Source: Opitutia bacterium KCR 482 (GTDB taxonomy: Bacteria; Verrucomicrobiota; Verrucomicrobiia; Opitutales; Intestinicryptomonadaceae). Taken from it: 32,000 nt of DNA. The position numbers and the translations under genes are program-made. Position 1 is the first letter of the stretch. Each line of letters begins with the position of its first letter. Where the stretch lies: contig CP149973.1 in the NCBI GenBank assembly GCA_029269845.2, positions 1-32,000 on the forward strand, written 5' to 3'. Shown in pieces: positions 23,445-31,448 of this stretch. The notes under the pieces were generated by a model. That model was not told where the DNA came from. It saw only the letters and a list, made by a program, of their open reading frames with translations, and searched no databases.

Positions 23445-23496
23445 TGTCGCTACCATTTTGTAGCGGTTTCAAGAGTGTCGCTACAAAATTGTCGCA
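23445..23496. promoter_or_regulatory. Candidate upstream activator sites: 9-mer TGTCGCTAC x2 (23445, 23476), a third TGTCGC (23490), and palindrome CGCTAC-N6-GTAGCG (23448-23465)
   Basis: They lie about 70-125 bp upstream of the -24 element, the usual distance for enhancer-binding-protein sites. The motif does not match the NtrC or NifA (TGT-N10-ACA) consensus sequences. Confidence 0.45.
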
Positions 23497-23603
23497 ATCG
23501 GCGGGCGGACTTCGGGAGAGTTCCGGCGCGGCGTTGCCGAATGTCTGCGAATTTTCTTGCGGTTTTGCTCCGAAAATGCGAAATCTTCGGGCGTAATACA
23601 GCC

Positions 23604-23735
23604 ATGAAAAATACTACAAAATTGCCGACAGTACAAAAACGCAGAACCGACAAGTTTTTCGTGTTCGTCTACACTCTCGTCGCGCTGATGTTCGCCGCAC
23701 AGATTGCGATTGTTGTTTGGGGCTATATTTTGTAG
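23604..23735 (+). CDS. Possible 43-aa single-pass membrane peptide (hypothetical)
   Basis: MKNTTKLPTVQKRRTDKFFVFVYTLVALMFAAQIAIVVWGYIL has a basic N-terminus and one TM helix. It ends 10 nt before the CPBP gene. There is no Shine-Dalgarno sequence and no other support. Confidence 0.3.
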   Translation: MKNTTKLPTVQKRRTDKFFVFVYTLVALMFAAQIAIVVWGYIL

Positions 23736-23745
23736 GGGAGGGACG

Positions 23746-24381
23746 ATGTTTCAGGATAATCCCGTATTTTCGCTGCTTTCGCTCGGCGTCGCGGCGTGGC
23801 TTTTCTCCATGTGGGCGGGCGATTTGCGCCACTTCCGCAAAACGGGCGATTTGCGCAGGGGGGCGTTCGAGGGCGCGACTCCCGCGCCGTTCGGCTTGGT
23901 CGCAGCGGGGGTCGTTGCCGCGCTTGCGTTGCTTGCGGTAAACACTTGCGCCGAGCTTGCGGCGGGGGTGGAATCCGACCAGACGAAAGTCGCGCCGTGG
24001 GCGCTGCTTTCGTGGGTAGGGGCGGCGTTTGTGGAGGAGCTTATTTTCCGCGGATATTTGGTCGTGAAGAACCGCGGTCGGGCGGCGCTGGTCGGCAGTA
24101 TTTTTCTGTTCTCGTTTCTTTTCGCGGCGGGACACCCGTTCCTTTGGGACTACACAGTTCCCAAAGGCGCGTCGGTCTTCGGCGGAACGTGGACTTTCGA
24201 TTTTTCCGCGCAGCCGCTTATCAATACGCTTGCGGTTTTCGAGTGCTCGCTTCTGTTCTACGCGCTGAGGTTTGTGCCGCAGAACAAAACGCGCTCGCTT
24301 CTGCCGTGCGTGTGCGCCCACGCGGCGTACAACTGCGGAGTTTTCGCGGTGAAAGTGTGTCGGGGATTCGTCGAATGGTAG
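23746..24381 (+). CDS. CPBP-family intramembrane glutamic endopeptidase (CAAX protease/Abi family)
   Basis: The ATG at 23746 is preceded by GGGGAGGG. Motifs are EELIFRG, FAAGH and HAAYN, and the protein is multi-TM. Confidence 0.85.
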   Translation: MFQDNPVFSLLSLGVAAWLFSMWAGDLRHFRKTGDLRRGAFEGATPAPFGLVAAGVVAALALLAVNTCAELAAGVESDQTKVAPWALLSWVGAAFVEELIFRGYLVVKNRGRAALVGSIFLFSFLFAAGHPFLWDYTVPKGASVFGGTWTFDFSAQPLINTLAVFECSLLFYALRFVPQNKTRSLLPCVCAHAAYNCGVFAVKVCRGFVEW

Positions 24382-25331
24382 AGTTCCCCGAAGGGAAAAA
24401 GCTGCTGTTTTTGGCTCCGATGGCGGGCTTTTCCAACGAGCCTTGCAGGCGCATTTGCCGCGAGTACGGCGCGGACGTTTCCGTCAGCGAATTCGTGTAC
24501 AGCAGGGCGGTTTTGAGCGGCGCGGCGCGGGTTTTCGAAAAGCTTTCGTTTACGGAGGGCGGGCGTCCGTTCGGGGTGCAGATTTTCGGCTCGGACCCAA
24601 AGGAGGTCGCCGACGCGGCGTCGCTTGTGGAGGAGAGGGTTGCGCCCGACTTTATCGACATAAACTTCGGCTGTCCCGCGCCGAACGCGGTTTCGGCGGG
24701 CGCGGGGGCGGCTCTGCTTAAAAATCCCGAACTCATGGGCAAGATTGTTGCGGCGGTGGCGGGGGCGTTGAAGCGCATTCCGGTATCGGCAAAAATGCGC
24801 ATTGGCTGGGATAGTTCTTCCATTATAGTGCCCGACGCCGCCCGCGCCCTCGCCGACGCGGGCGCGAGCTTCATAACCCTCCACGGACGCACGAAAGCCC
24901 GCGGCTACGAGGGCGACGCCGACTGGGACTTGATTGAAAAAACCGCGCAGTCGCTCTCAGTGCCGCTAATCGGCAACGGCTCGGTCGAAAAGCTCGAGAC
25001 CGCGCGTTTGCGCAATTCCGCGTGTGCGGGCTTCATGGTGGGGCGCGCCGCCTTGGGGAATCCGTGGGTCTTCGGGGAAATCCGCGCAAAAATGGACGGA
25101 ACGGAATTCGTCCCGCCGACCCCCTCCGACCGCGCAAAGCTCGCCCTCCGCTACGCCGAGCTTGTCTCCGACGGCTCGTATTCGGGCATAGACGCGGGCA
25201 ACCTGACGTTCGCAAAAGTGCAGATAATGCGCTTTTTGAAGGGCGCGGAGGGATTTAAAAGGTTGCGCGTCGGGCTTAAAAGCATAAATACTTTGGAGCA
25301 ATTAAAGGAAATGCTATGCGACTACGTCTGA
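24375..25331 (+). CDS. dusB: tRNA-dihydrouridine synthase (DusB-like)
   Basis: 318 aa. Motifs are ..LAPMAGFSN.., ..VQIFGSDP.., ..IDINFGCPA.., ..VSAKMRIGW.. and ..LHGRTKA... The start overlaps the CPBP stop by 7 nt. The 23796-24374 part of the tracked ORF is an out-of-frame shadow of the CPBP gene. Confidence 0.9.
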   Translation: MVEFPEGKKLLFLAPMAGFSNEPCRRICREYGADVSVSEFVYSRAVLSGAARVFEKLSFTEGGRPFGVQIFGSDPKEVADAASLVEERVAPDFIDINFGCPAPNAVSAGAGAALLKNPELMGKIVAAVAGALKRIPVSAKMRIGWDSSSIIVPDAARALADAGASFITLHGRTKARGYEGDADWDLIEKTAQSLSVPLIGNGSVEKLETARLRNSACAGFMVGRAALGNPWVFGEIRAKMDGTEFVPPTPSDRAKLALRYAELVSDGSYSGIDAGNLTFAKVQIMRFLKGAEGFKRLRVGLKSINTLEQLKEMLCDYV

Positions 25332-26539
25332 TTTTTTCCGCAACGTTTTTTTGCGCGTCCGCGCTCTGCGCCGAGACCGCCGCCGACTACTTTGCAAACG
25401 GCATGAAATTCTTTCTGCGCGGCGACTTTCCCGCCGCCCGCGAGATGTTCGCGCTGTCGAAGTCGGACTCCGGCGAGTACGGCGCGCTTTCAAAATTCTA
25501 CCTTGCGTCAATCGCGGCGAACGCGGGCGAGGACGCCGCGTACGGGCTTTTCGAGGAGTCGCTGAAAAACCCGCCGAAAGACTCTCTAAACAAAGTCGCC
25601 GCGCAGTACGCAAAGTACGCTTCGGCAAACGGCGAATACGGACGGCTTGCCCGCGCCCTCGCGCCCCTTGCGGAGTCGGACGCGGCGGATTCGCTTACAA
25701 AGTGGTACTACGCCGACGCGCTGTTCAATTCGGGCGAAGCAAAAAAGGCGGAGTCGCTGTGGTCGGCTTCTCTGAAAAAGTGCTTCGAGTCCGCCGATTC
25801 CGTCGGCGCGGACGTTTTTGCGCAGTCGTACTTTGACGGCGAAAAATTCGCGCGCAGCTTCGACATGTCGCGGCTTCCGGCATCGACCCCCGCGGCTCTC
25901 GCGCGCACCGAAATCATGGGGGGCAAAAAGATAACCCAGCCGCAGGACAAAATTAGCGCGTTGGCGCAAATCGCGCTTGCGGAGTCTGGCGCGGCGGTGG
26001 ACGAAAAGCTCCTTGCCGAAACCGTCTACAAGTTCAGGGACGCCCCCTACGCGTGGCGCGGCTCGCTCGCGCTTGCGAGGATTGCCATTGAAAACAGGGA
26101 CTACAAACAGGCGTACGTCTACGCGCACGACGCCGAGCGCCTTGCGCCGCCAGACTTCGACGCGCCGCTTTTCATCACCCTCGGCGACGCCGCGCGGCTC
26201 GTAAAAAAATACGACGAAGCCCGCTACTACTACCAAAAGGTTTTCATGAAGCGCAAACTGCGCGGAGAGCCGCTCGCGGAGTCGCTTTACAAAAACGGGC
26301 TTTGCTGGTTCGAGCAGGGCGACTGGGGCAAGGCGCACGCGTATTTCGAGCGCGTCTATATAGGCTTTTTCAACTTCGAATACTGGGGCAGCCGCTCGTA
26401 TTACTACGGGGCGCGCGCTCTGTATTCGCTCGGGCTGCGGCGCGACGCCAACGCGGTGCTCATCGAATATTTCCGCCGCGCAAAAGACAAAAATTCCGAA
26501 ATCTACAAAGAGGCAAAAAAGTTTTACGACGCAATTTAG
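25316..26539 (+). CDS. Secreted TPR-like helical-repeat protein (hypothetical)
   Basis: 407 aa with signal peptide MRLRLIFSATFFCASALCAE. Ala/Tyr/Leu-rich repeats have a TPR-like pattern (..YYYQKVF..LYKNGLCWFEQGDWGKAHAYFERVY..). The start overlaps the dusB 3' end by 16 nt. Confidence 0.65.
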   Translation: MRLRLIFSATFFCASALCAETAADYFANGMKFFLRGDFPAAREMFALSKSDSGEYGALSKFYLASIAANAGEDAAYGLFEESLKNPPKDSLNKVAAQYAKYASANGEYGRLARALAPLAESDAADSLTKWYYADALFNSGEAKKAESLWSASLKKCFESADSVGADVFAQSYFDGEKFARSFDMSRLPASTPAALARTEIMGGKKITQPQDKISALAQIALAESGAAVDEKLLAETVYKFRDAPYAWRGSLALARIAIENRDYKQAYVYAHDAERLAPPDFDAPLFITLGDAARLVKKYDEARYYYQKVFMKRKLRGEPLAESLYKNGLCWFEQGDWGKAHAYFERVYIGFFNFEYWGSRSYYYGARALYSLGLRRDANAVLIEYFRRAKDKNSEIYKEAKKFYDAI

Positions 26540-26586
26540 GCGCACCCCTCCGCAACTATCCCTACACCCGTCGGAGCCGATTTATT

Positions 26587-26610
26587 CCGCCTGCGGAGCG
26601 GCACTTTTTT
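26587..26610 (+). terminator. Possible weak terminator after the TPR-like gene
   Basis: Only a 4-bp stem (CCGC-N7-GCGG), followed by CAC and T6. Confidence 0.3.
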
Positions 26611-26685
26611 AAGTCGCAAAAATATTGGAAAATTTGCGTATTTTTGTGATTGACATGCCGGTGTTTTGCGGTTAGCTATTGCTAT

Positions 26686-27708
26686 ATGAATATTAAACGA
26701 CGCAATTTCTTGGGGAGTGCGGCGCTGCTGGCCGGAGGTCTTGTTTCTCCGAAAGCGTTTGCCGCGGGGGACAATTCCGAAAGCGTAAAATTTTCGGTCT
26801 TTGCCGACATGCATTTCAGGGTTGGAAACTACAACTGGACTGTCGAGCGCATGGCGCAGATTCTCGAACGAGCCCGCAAAAACAAGGTCGATTTCATAAT
26901 ACATTGCGGCGACTTCTGCCACGACGTAAGAACCGCGGGCCCCGTGCTCGACCAGTTCAACAACTTCGAGCTTCCCCACTACCACACAATGGGCAATCAC
27001 GATTTCGAGGGCACAAAGACGCTCGAAGAAGTTGTCTCCGCCTACCAGATGAAAGACGGCAATTTCTACTCTTTCGACAGGGGCGTATTCAGGTTCATCG
27101 TTCTCGACACAAACTATTTCCACCGCCCCGACGGTAGCATTATGCACTACGCGTCTTCGACCGCGTACGAAAAGTGCCACCAAAAAGAGGCGATTCTTAC
27201 GCCCGAACAGCTTGTGTTTTTGCGCGAAAAACTCTCGACGGCAAAAGGTCCGTGCGCGATATTCTCGCATCACGGCTTCAAGTACACAAGCGGCATAACG
27301 AACGCCGCAGAGGCAAAGAACGCCGTGTTTGAATCGCAGAAATTCCCAGTAATCTGGATTAACGGACACCACCACAGAAATAGCCTCAAACTCGAAAAAC
27401 AGGTCGCGTTTTTCAACCTCAACAGCACCACGAGCGAGTGGGTCGGGAAGCCGCACCGCGCGTATCCCGAAGAAATCATGAAAAAGTGCAACGTCTCGAA
27501 GCACGAGCTTCTTTTCGACACTCCCGTCCACGCAATCATCACGATGTCAAAAGACGGCGAAATAGACATCGACGGCATGAAGGGCGGAATGTTCATGGGT
27601 ATCACTCCCGAAATGACGGGCAACAAGTCGCACGACGACGAGGGTTTGCCCGTCGAGGCGTATGTGCTTTCGTCGCATTTCAAGCTCTACCCGCCGAAGC
27701 GGGCGTAG
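26686..27708 (+). CDS. Tat-exported calcineurin-like metallophosphoesterase
   Basis: The ATG at 26686 gives the Tat signal MNIKRRNFLGSAALLAGGLVSPKAFA. Phosphoesterase motifs are FADMH, GDFCHD, GNHDFE, SHHG and NGHHH. Confidence 0.85.
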   Translation: MNIKRRNFLGSAALLAGGLVSPKAFAAGDNSESVKFSVFADMHFRVGNYNWTVERMAQILERARKNKVDFIIHCGDFCHDVRTAGPVLDQFNNFELPHYHTMGNHDFEGTKTLEEVVSAYQMKDGNFYSFDRGVFRFIVLDTNYFHRPDGSIMHYASSTAYEKCHQKEAILTPEQLVFLREKLSTAKGPCAIFSHHGFKYTSGITNAAEAKNAVFESQKFPVIWINGHHHRNSLKLEKQVAFFNLNSTTSEWVGKPHRAYPEEIMKKCNVSKHELLFDTPVHAIITMSKDGEIDIDGMKGGMFMGITPEMTGNKSHDDEGLPVEAYVLSSHFKLYPPKRA

Positions 27709-27713
27709 CGTCG

Positions 27714-27769
27714 GTCCGCCGCGCGTTTTCCCGCAAACGGCGCGCGGGCGGTTCGGCGGACGTTTTTTT
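27714..27769 (+). terminator. Rho-independent terminator after the metallophosphoesterase gene
   Basis: Outer stem GTCCGCC/GGCGGAC encloses an inner GCGCG/CGCGC hairpin, followed by T7 (27763-27769). Confidence 0.7.
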
Positions 27770-27820
27770 GCCGAAGCGTTGAGCGGCATTTCTTTGAACT
27801 GTTTTGACTTTTATTCCGAT

Positions 27821-27859
27821 TCCGCGCGGTAAAATTTGACACGCGCGGAATTTTTTTTT
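27821..27859 (+). terminator. Second terminator-like hairpin (TCCGCGCG-N13-CGCGCGGA followed by A and T9), 12 nt upstream of the kinase ATG
   Basis: Perfect 8-bp GC-rich stem followed by T9. It could be a tandem terminator or an attenuator. Confidence 0.55.
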
Positions 27860-27871
27860 ACGCCTTTTGCG

Positions 27872-28711
27872 ATGATTTTAATTGCAGACAGCGGAACTAC
27901 CAAGACGGATTGGCGCGCGTTCGGCGAATCGGGCGAGTCGAAAATTTTGCGCACCGAGGGCATAAACCCCGTATTCCAGTCGCCCGAAATGCTCGACGGA
28001 ATCCTTGCCGAAAACGTCAAGCCGCACGTTTCGGACGTTTCAAAAATCTATTTTTACAGCGCGGGGGTGGCGGCGTCGCACGAGGCAACCGCCGCGCTCC
28101 TTGCGGCGTTCGGGCGCAACTTCCCGAACTGCTCGTTTTTTGTCGAGACCGACAAGCTCGGGGCGGCGCGCGCCCTTTGCGGGCATTCGGCGGGCATTGC
28201 GTGCATAATGGGCACGGGGTCGAACTCGTGCTTTTACGACGGCGAAAAAATCACCGACAACAACGTGGGCGGCGGCTTCATCTTGGGCGACGAGGGCGGC
28301 GGGGCGTCGCTCGGCAGACGCCTGATTTCCGACTTTATCCGCAATCTCCTACCCGAGCGCGTTTCCGCCGAGCTTCGCAGCCGCTTCGGTTTGGACTATT
28401 TCAAGATTATCGACAACGTCTACAAACGCCCCATGCCCAACCGCTGGCTTGCGTCGTTCTCGCCGTTCATAGAGGAGTTTTTGTCCGACCCGTACATTTG
28501 CGAAATGGTGGATTCGCAGTTCGAGTCTTTTATCCGCAGGAATGTCCTGCGCTACGATGTCGCAAAGTACCCGATGAACGCGGTAGGCTCTGTCGGCGCG
28601 TGTTTTTCGGAAAACCTCGCCCGCGCCGCGGAGCGCACGGGCGTGAGGATAGGGCGCGTGATAAAGTCGCCGATAGATTCCCTTGTGGAATTCCACTCCG
28701 CCGATTTGTAG
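27872..28711 (+). CDS. BadF/BadG/BcrA/BcrD-type ATPase, N-acetylglucosamine-kinase-like sugar kinase
   Basis: 279 aa from the ATG at 27872. Motifs are MILIADSGTTKTDW (phosphate-1), ..IMGTGSNS.. and ..GGFILGDEGGGASLG... The ORF-track start at 27836 is TTG and lies inside the hairpin loop. Confidence 0.8.
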   Translation: MILIADSGTTKTDWRAFGESGESKILRTEGINPVFQSPEMLDGILAENVKPHVSDVSKIYFYSAGVAASHEATAALLAAFGRNFPNCSFFVETDKLGAARALCGHSAGIACIMGTGSNSCFYDGEKITDNNVGGGFILGDEGGGASLGRRLISDFIRNLLPERVSAELRSRFGLDYFKIIDNVYKRPMPNRWLASFSPFIEEFLSDPYICEMVDSQFESFIRRNVLRYDVAKYPMNAVGSVGACFSENLARAAERTGVRIGRVIKSPIDSLVEFHSADL

Positions 28712-28747
28712 GCGCGGAATTTTCTTTGAAGGCTTTGCATAGCGGAC

Positions 28748-28790
28748 AAAAAAAGACCGCCATTGGATTTCCTCTGCGGGCGGTCTTTTC
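28748..28790. terminator. Bidirectional terminator between the convergent kinase and glmS genes
   Basis: A7, then AGACCGCC-N17-GGCGGTCT, then T4. Confidence 0.65.
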
Positions 28791-28826
28791 CTTTGCGGTT
28801 TGCGGGAAGCGCGGCGCTTCGGCGGG

Positions 28827-30677
28827 CTACTCCACGGTAACCGCCTTCGCCAAGTTGCGCGGCTTGTCGACGTCGCAGCCGCGCTTGCGGGCGATGTAGT
28901 AGGCTAGCAGTTGCAGGGGAACTGTCGCCAAAATTCCGCGCACCGATTCGTGCACTTTCGGCAGGGCGATGATGTCGTCGGCGATTCCTCCGAAGAGTTT
29001 GGGCTGGTCGCTCACGACGATAATCGGGCCTTTGCGCGCCTTGATTTCCTGGGCGTTCGAGACGATTTTCAGCGCGATTTCATCGGAGTTTGCAAGCATT
29101 ACCGACGGGCATTCGGGGCACACCAGCGCAATCGGGCCGTGCTTCATTTCGGCGGCGGGGTAGCCCTCCGCGTGTATGTACGAAATTTCTTTGAGTTTGA
29201 GCGCGCCTTCGAGGGCAATCGGGAATTCCGAGAGCCTGCCGAGGAAGAGGAAGTCGTCGAACTGCGCGTATTTTTCGGCGATTTTCTCGATTTCGGGGGC
29301 TTGCGCGAGCACGCTGTTTACCGCGTCGGGGAGCTCGTCGATTGCCTTGACGATTTCGCGCCCCTCCGCAAACGAAAGGTCGCGCATTCTGCCGAGGTAT
29401 AGAGCGATTAGCAGGCAGATTGCCACCTGCGACGTGAACGCCTTTGTGGACGCAACCCCAACCTCCTTGCCCGCATACTGGTACAGCCCGCCGTCGGACT
29501 CGCGCGAGATTGTCGAGCCTACCGAGTTTGTAATCGCCAGCGTTTTGAAGCCCTTGCGCTGCGATTCGCGCAGCGCTTCGAGCGTGTCGAGCGTTTCGCC
29601 GCTTTGGCTGATTACGAACACGAGCGTGTTTTTGTCGATGGGGGCGTTTTTGTATCTGAATTCGCTTGCGTATTCCACCTCCACGGGAATGCGGGCGTAT
29701 TTTTCGATGAGGTATTCCGCCGCAAGGCAGGCGTGCCAAGCCGTTCCGCAGGCGCAGAAAAGAATGCGGTCGAACTGCCTAAGCTCGTTGGGGGTGAGGT
29801 TCAGCCCGATGAGGCGGGCGGTCGAAAGGTCGTCGGAGATTCTGCCCCTTATAGCGTTTTTGAGCGATTTGGGCTGTTCGAAAATCTCCTTTTCCATGTA
29901 GGTTTTGAAGCCGTCGAGGTCGGCGTTTTCCAAGTCCCAGTCGATTTCGTTTATGCGGACGTCCACGGGCGCGTTTGCGGTCGTGATGATGTCGCAGTTG
30001 TCGCGCGTGAGGCTTGCGATTTGCCCGTCTTCAAGGTAGATTACGTTTGTGGCGCGTCCCGCGAAGCCGAGAACGTCGCTCGACACAAGGTACTCGTCCT
30101 TGCCGACGCCTATGATAAGCGGCGAACCCTTGCGGGCGGCAATCATTTCGTTGGGGGCAAGCTTGCTTATTACCGCGAACCCGTAGGTTCCCTCGACGTG
30201 CCTTAGCGTCTTGCGGACGGCTTCAAGAAACCTGTTTTTGTCGGCAGGGGACGTTCTGTTTGTGTAGTGGTAGGCGATGAGATTTACGAGGGCTTCGGTG
30301 TCTGTCTGGCTTTTAAACGTGTAGCCCTTTTCGATGAGGAACTTTTTTATGTTTTCGTAGTTTTCGATAATGCCGTTGTGGACTATCGCGAAATTGCCGT
30401 CGCTCGAAACGTGCGGGTGCGCGTTTGTGTCGGTCACCGCGCCGTGGGTTGCCCAGCGCGTGTGGCTGATTCCCATGGTCGCGTAGAACGGGTGCTCTTC
30501 GACCTCCTTTGCAAGAACGGCAACGCGTCCCTTTTTCTTCATGACGTCGAGCGTTCCCTTGTCGTCGAGAAGCGCAAGCCCCGCGGAGTCATACCCGCGG
30601 TATTCGAGCTTCAAAAGTCCCTCTATAAGAATCGGCGTCGCGTCCCGACACCCAATGTATCCCGTGATTCCGCACAT
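28827..30677 (-). CDS. glmS: Glutamine--fructose-6-phosphate aminotransferase (isomerizing)
   Basis: 616 aa. The N-terminal nucleophile motif is MCGITGYIG. Also present are ..HTRWATHG.., two SIS domains and the C-terminus ..PRNLAKAVTVE. Confidence 0.97.
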   Translation of the reverse strand: MCGITGYIGCRDATPILIEGLLKLEYRGYDSAGLALLDDKGTLDVMKKKGRVAVLAKEVEEHPFYATMGISHTRWATHGAVTDTNAHPHVSSDGNFAIVHNGIIENYENIKKFLIEKGYTFKSQTDTEALVNLIAYHYTNRTSPADKNRFLEAVRKTLRHVEGTYGFAVISKLAPNEMIAARKGSPLIIGVGKDEYLVSSDVLGFAGRATNVIYLEDGQIASLTRDNCDIITTANAPVDVRINEIDWDLENADLDGFKTYMEKEIFEQPKSLKNAIRGRISDDLSTARLIGLNLTPNELRQFDRILFCACGTAWHACLAAEYLIEKYARIPVEVEYASEFRYKNAPIDKNTLVFVISQSGETLDTLEALRESQRKGFKTLAITNSVGSTISRESDGGLYQYAGKEVGVASTKAFTSQVAICLLIALYLGRMRDLSFAEGREIVKAIDELPDAVNSVLAQAPEIEKIAEKYAQFDDFLFLGRLSEFPIALEGALKLKEISYIHAEGYPAAEMKHGPIALVCPECPSVMLANSDEIALKIVSNAQEIKARKGPIIVVSDQPKLFGGIADDIIALPKVHESVRGILATVPLQLLAYYIARKRGCDVDKPRNLAKAVTVE

Positions 30678-30867
30678 AAATAATCTTAATTGTTGTATTT
30701 AAAAGGCGAATATTTAGATTTATTTGACACTTGCAAGCCTAAATTGTCGCGCGGGTTTCCGTCCGCGCCCCAAAAAAGCGCGTTTGCGGCGGAAATATGC
30801 TTGAACACGACGGCCCGCGCTATAAAAATAGCGGGAAATCGCAAAACAATAATACCGGATTTATAAA

Positions 30868-31443
30868 ATGATGAAGACTTTTAAACTCGCCGCCGCGTTG
30901 TCGGCGGCATTCGTTGCGGCGACGCCGCTCTTTTCGCAGTCTCTCGGAGACATGCAGCAGGACATGGCTCTTTTGAAGCGCGAAGTGGGCAACCTCAGGC
31001 TCGAAGTCGAACAGCTTACGCGCCAAAACGAGGCTCTCGAACGCAAAATAAGGCAAATGCAGTCGTCGAATACGTCGAGCGACTTGGTTCGCTCGCAGGT
31101 GGCGTCGGTGCGCTCGGACGTGTCGTCGCAAAACGAGGCGATGAAGCGCGAAATCATAAAGCTTGTCAAAAAGGACATCGAAAGCCTCGCCTCGCAGACG
31201 AACGACGCAATCGAAAAACTCGCCAAGGCGATAGGGCAACGCCCGCAGGCTCCCATGCCGACAACTTTTGGCGACGACTACCCCAAAATGGGCATTACCT
31301 ACACCGTGAAATCGGGCGATACGCTCGGGAAAATCGCCCGCGCCAACAACTCGAAAATCAAGTGGATTCAGGACGCCAATAAAATAGAGGATCCCAACCG
31401 GGGTCTGCGCGTCGGCGAATCAATCTTCATTCCGCAAAAATAA
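30868..31443 (+). CDS. Secreted coiled-coil protein with C-terminal LysM peptidoglycan-binding domain
   Basis: 191 aa with signal peptide MMKTFKLAAALSAAFVAATPLFS. A heptad-like coiled coil runs ALLKREVGNLRLEVEQLTRQNEALERKIRQMQ. The LysM domain is YTVKSGDTLGKIARANNSKIKWIQDANKI..LRVGESIFIP. Confidence 0.85.
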   Translation: MMKTFKLAAALSAAFVAATPLFSQSLGDMQQDMALLKREVGNLRLEVEQLTRQNEALERKIRQMQSSNTSSDLVRSQVASVRSDVSSQNEAMKREIIKLVKKDIESLASQTNDAIEKLAKAIGQRPQAPMPTTFGDDYPKMGITYTVKSGDTLGKIARANNSKIKWIQDANKIEDPNRGLRVGESIFIPQK

Positions 31444-31448
31444 AGAAC

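Noticed and set aside
26650-26685. Sigma-70-type promoter TTGACA (26650-26655) upstream of the phosphoesterase gene, and similar TTGACA/TTGAAC hexamers near 27800-27841 and 30801.
   Set aside because: No acceptable -10 hexamer lies at 16-19 bp spacing in any of these cases, so I did not call them.
16262-27531. Shadow ORFs 16262-17182 (-), 17190-17861 (-), 18641-19567 (-), 21541-22728 (+), 21566-22408 (-), 23614-24321 (-), 24221-24892 (-), 25586-26545 (-), 26536-27531 (-), 27910-28899 (+).
   Set aside because: Each overlaps a confidently identified gene (meaB, xerD, epimerase, amtB, CPBP, dusB, TPR, phosphoesterase, kinase) in another frame or on the other strand.
30818-30833. Palindrome CGCTAT-AAAA-ATAGCG upstream of the LysM gene, which resembles the CGCTAC-N6-GTAGCG palindrome upstream of glnK, considered as a shared operator.
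   Set aside because: Inverted repeats with 6-bp arms are expected dozens of times by chance in this window. The spacing differs, and no functional link is evident.
30678-30867. glmS ribozyme upstream of glmS.
   Set aside because: The leader is short and AT-rich, and I could not see a conserved ribozyme core. The ribozyme is mainly a feature of Gram-positive bacteria. This cannot be fully excluded without cmsearch.
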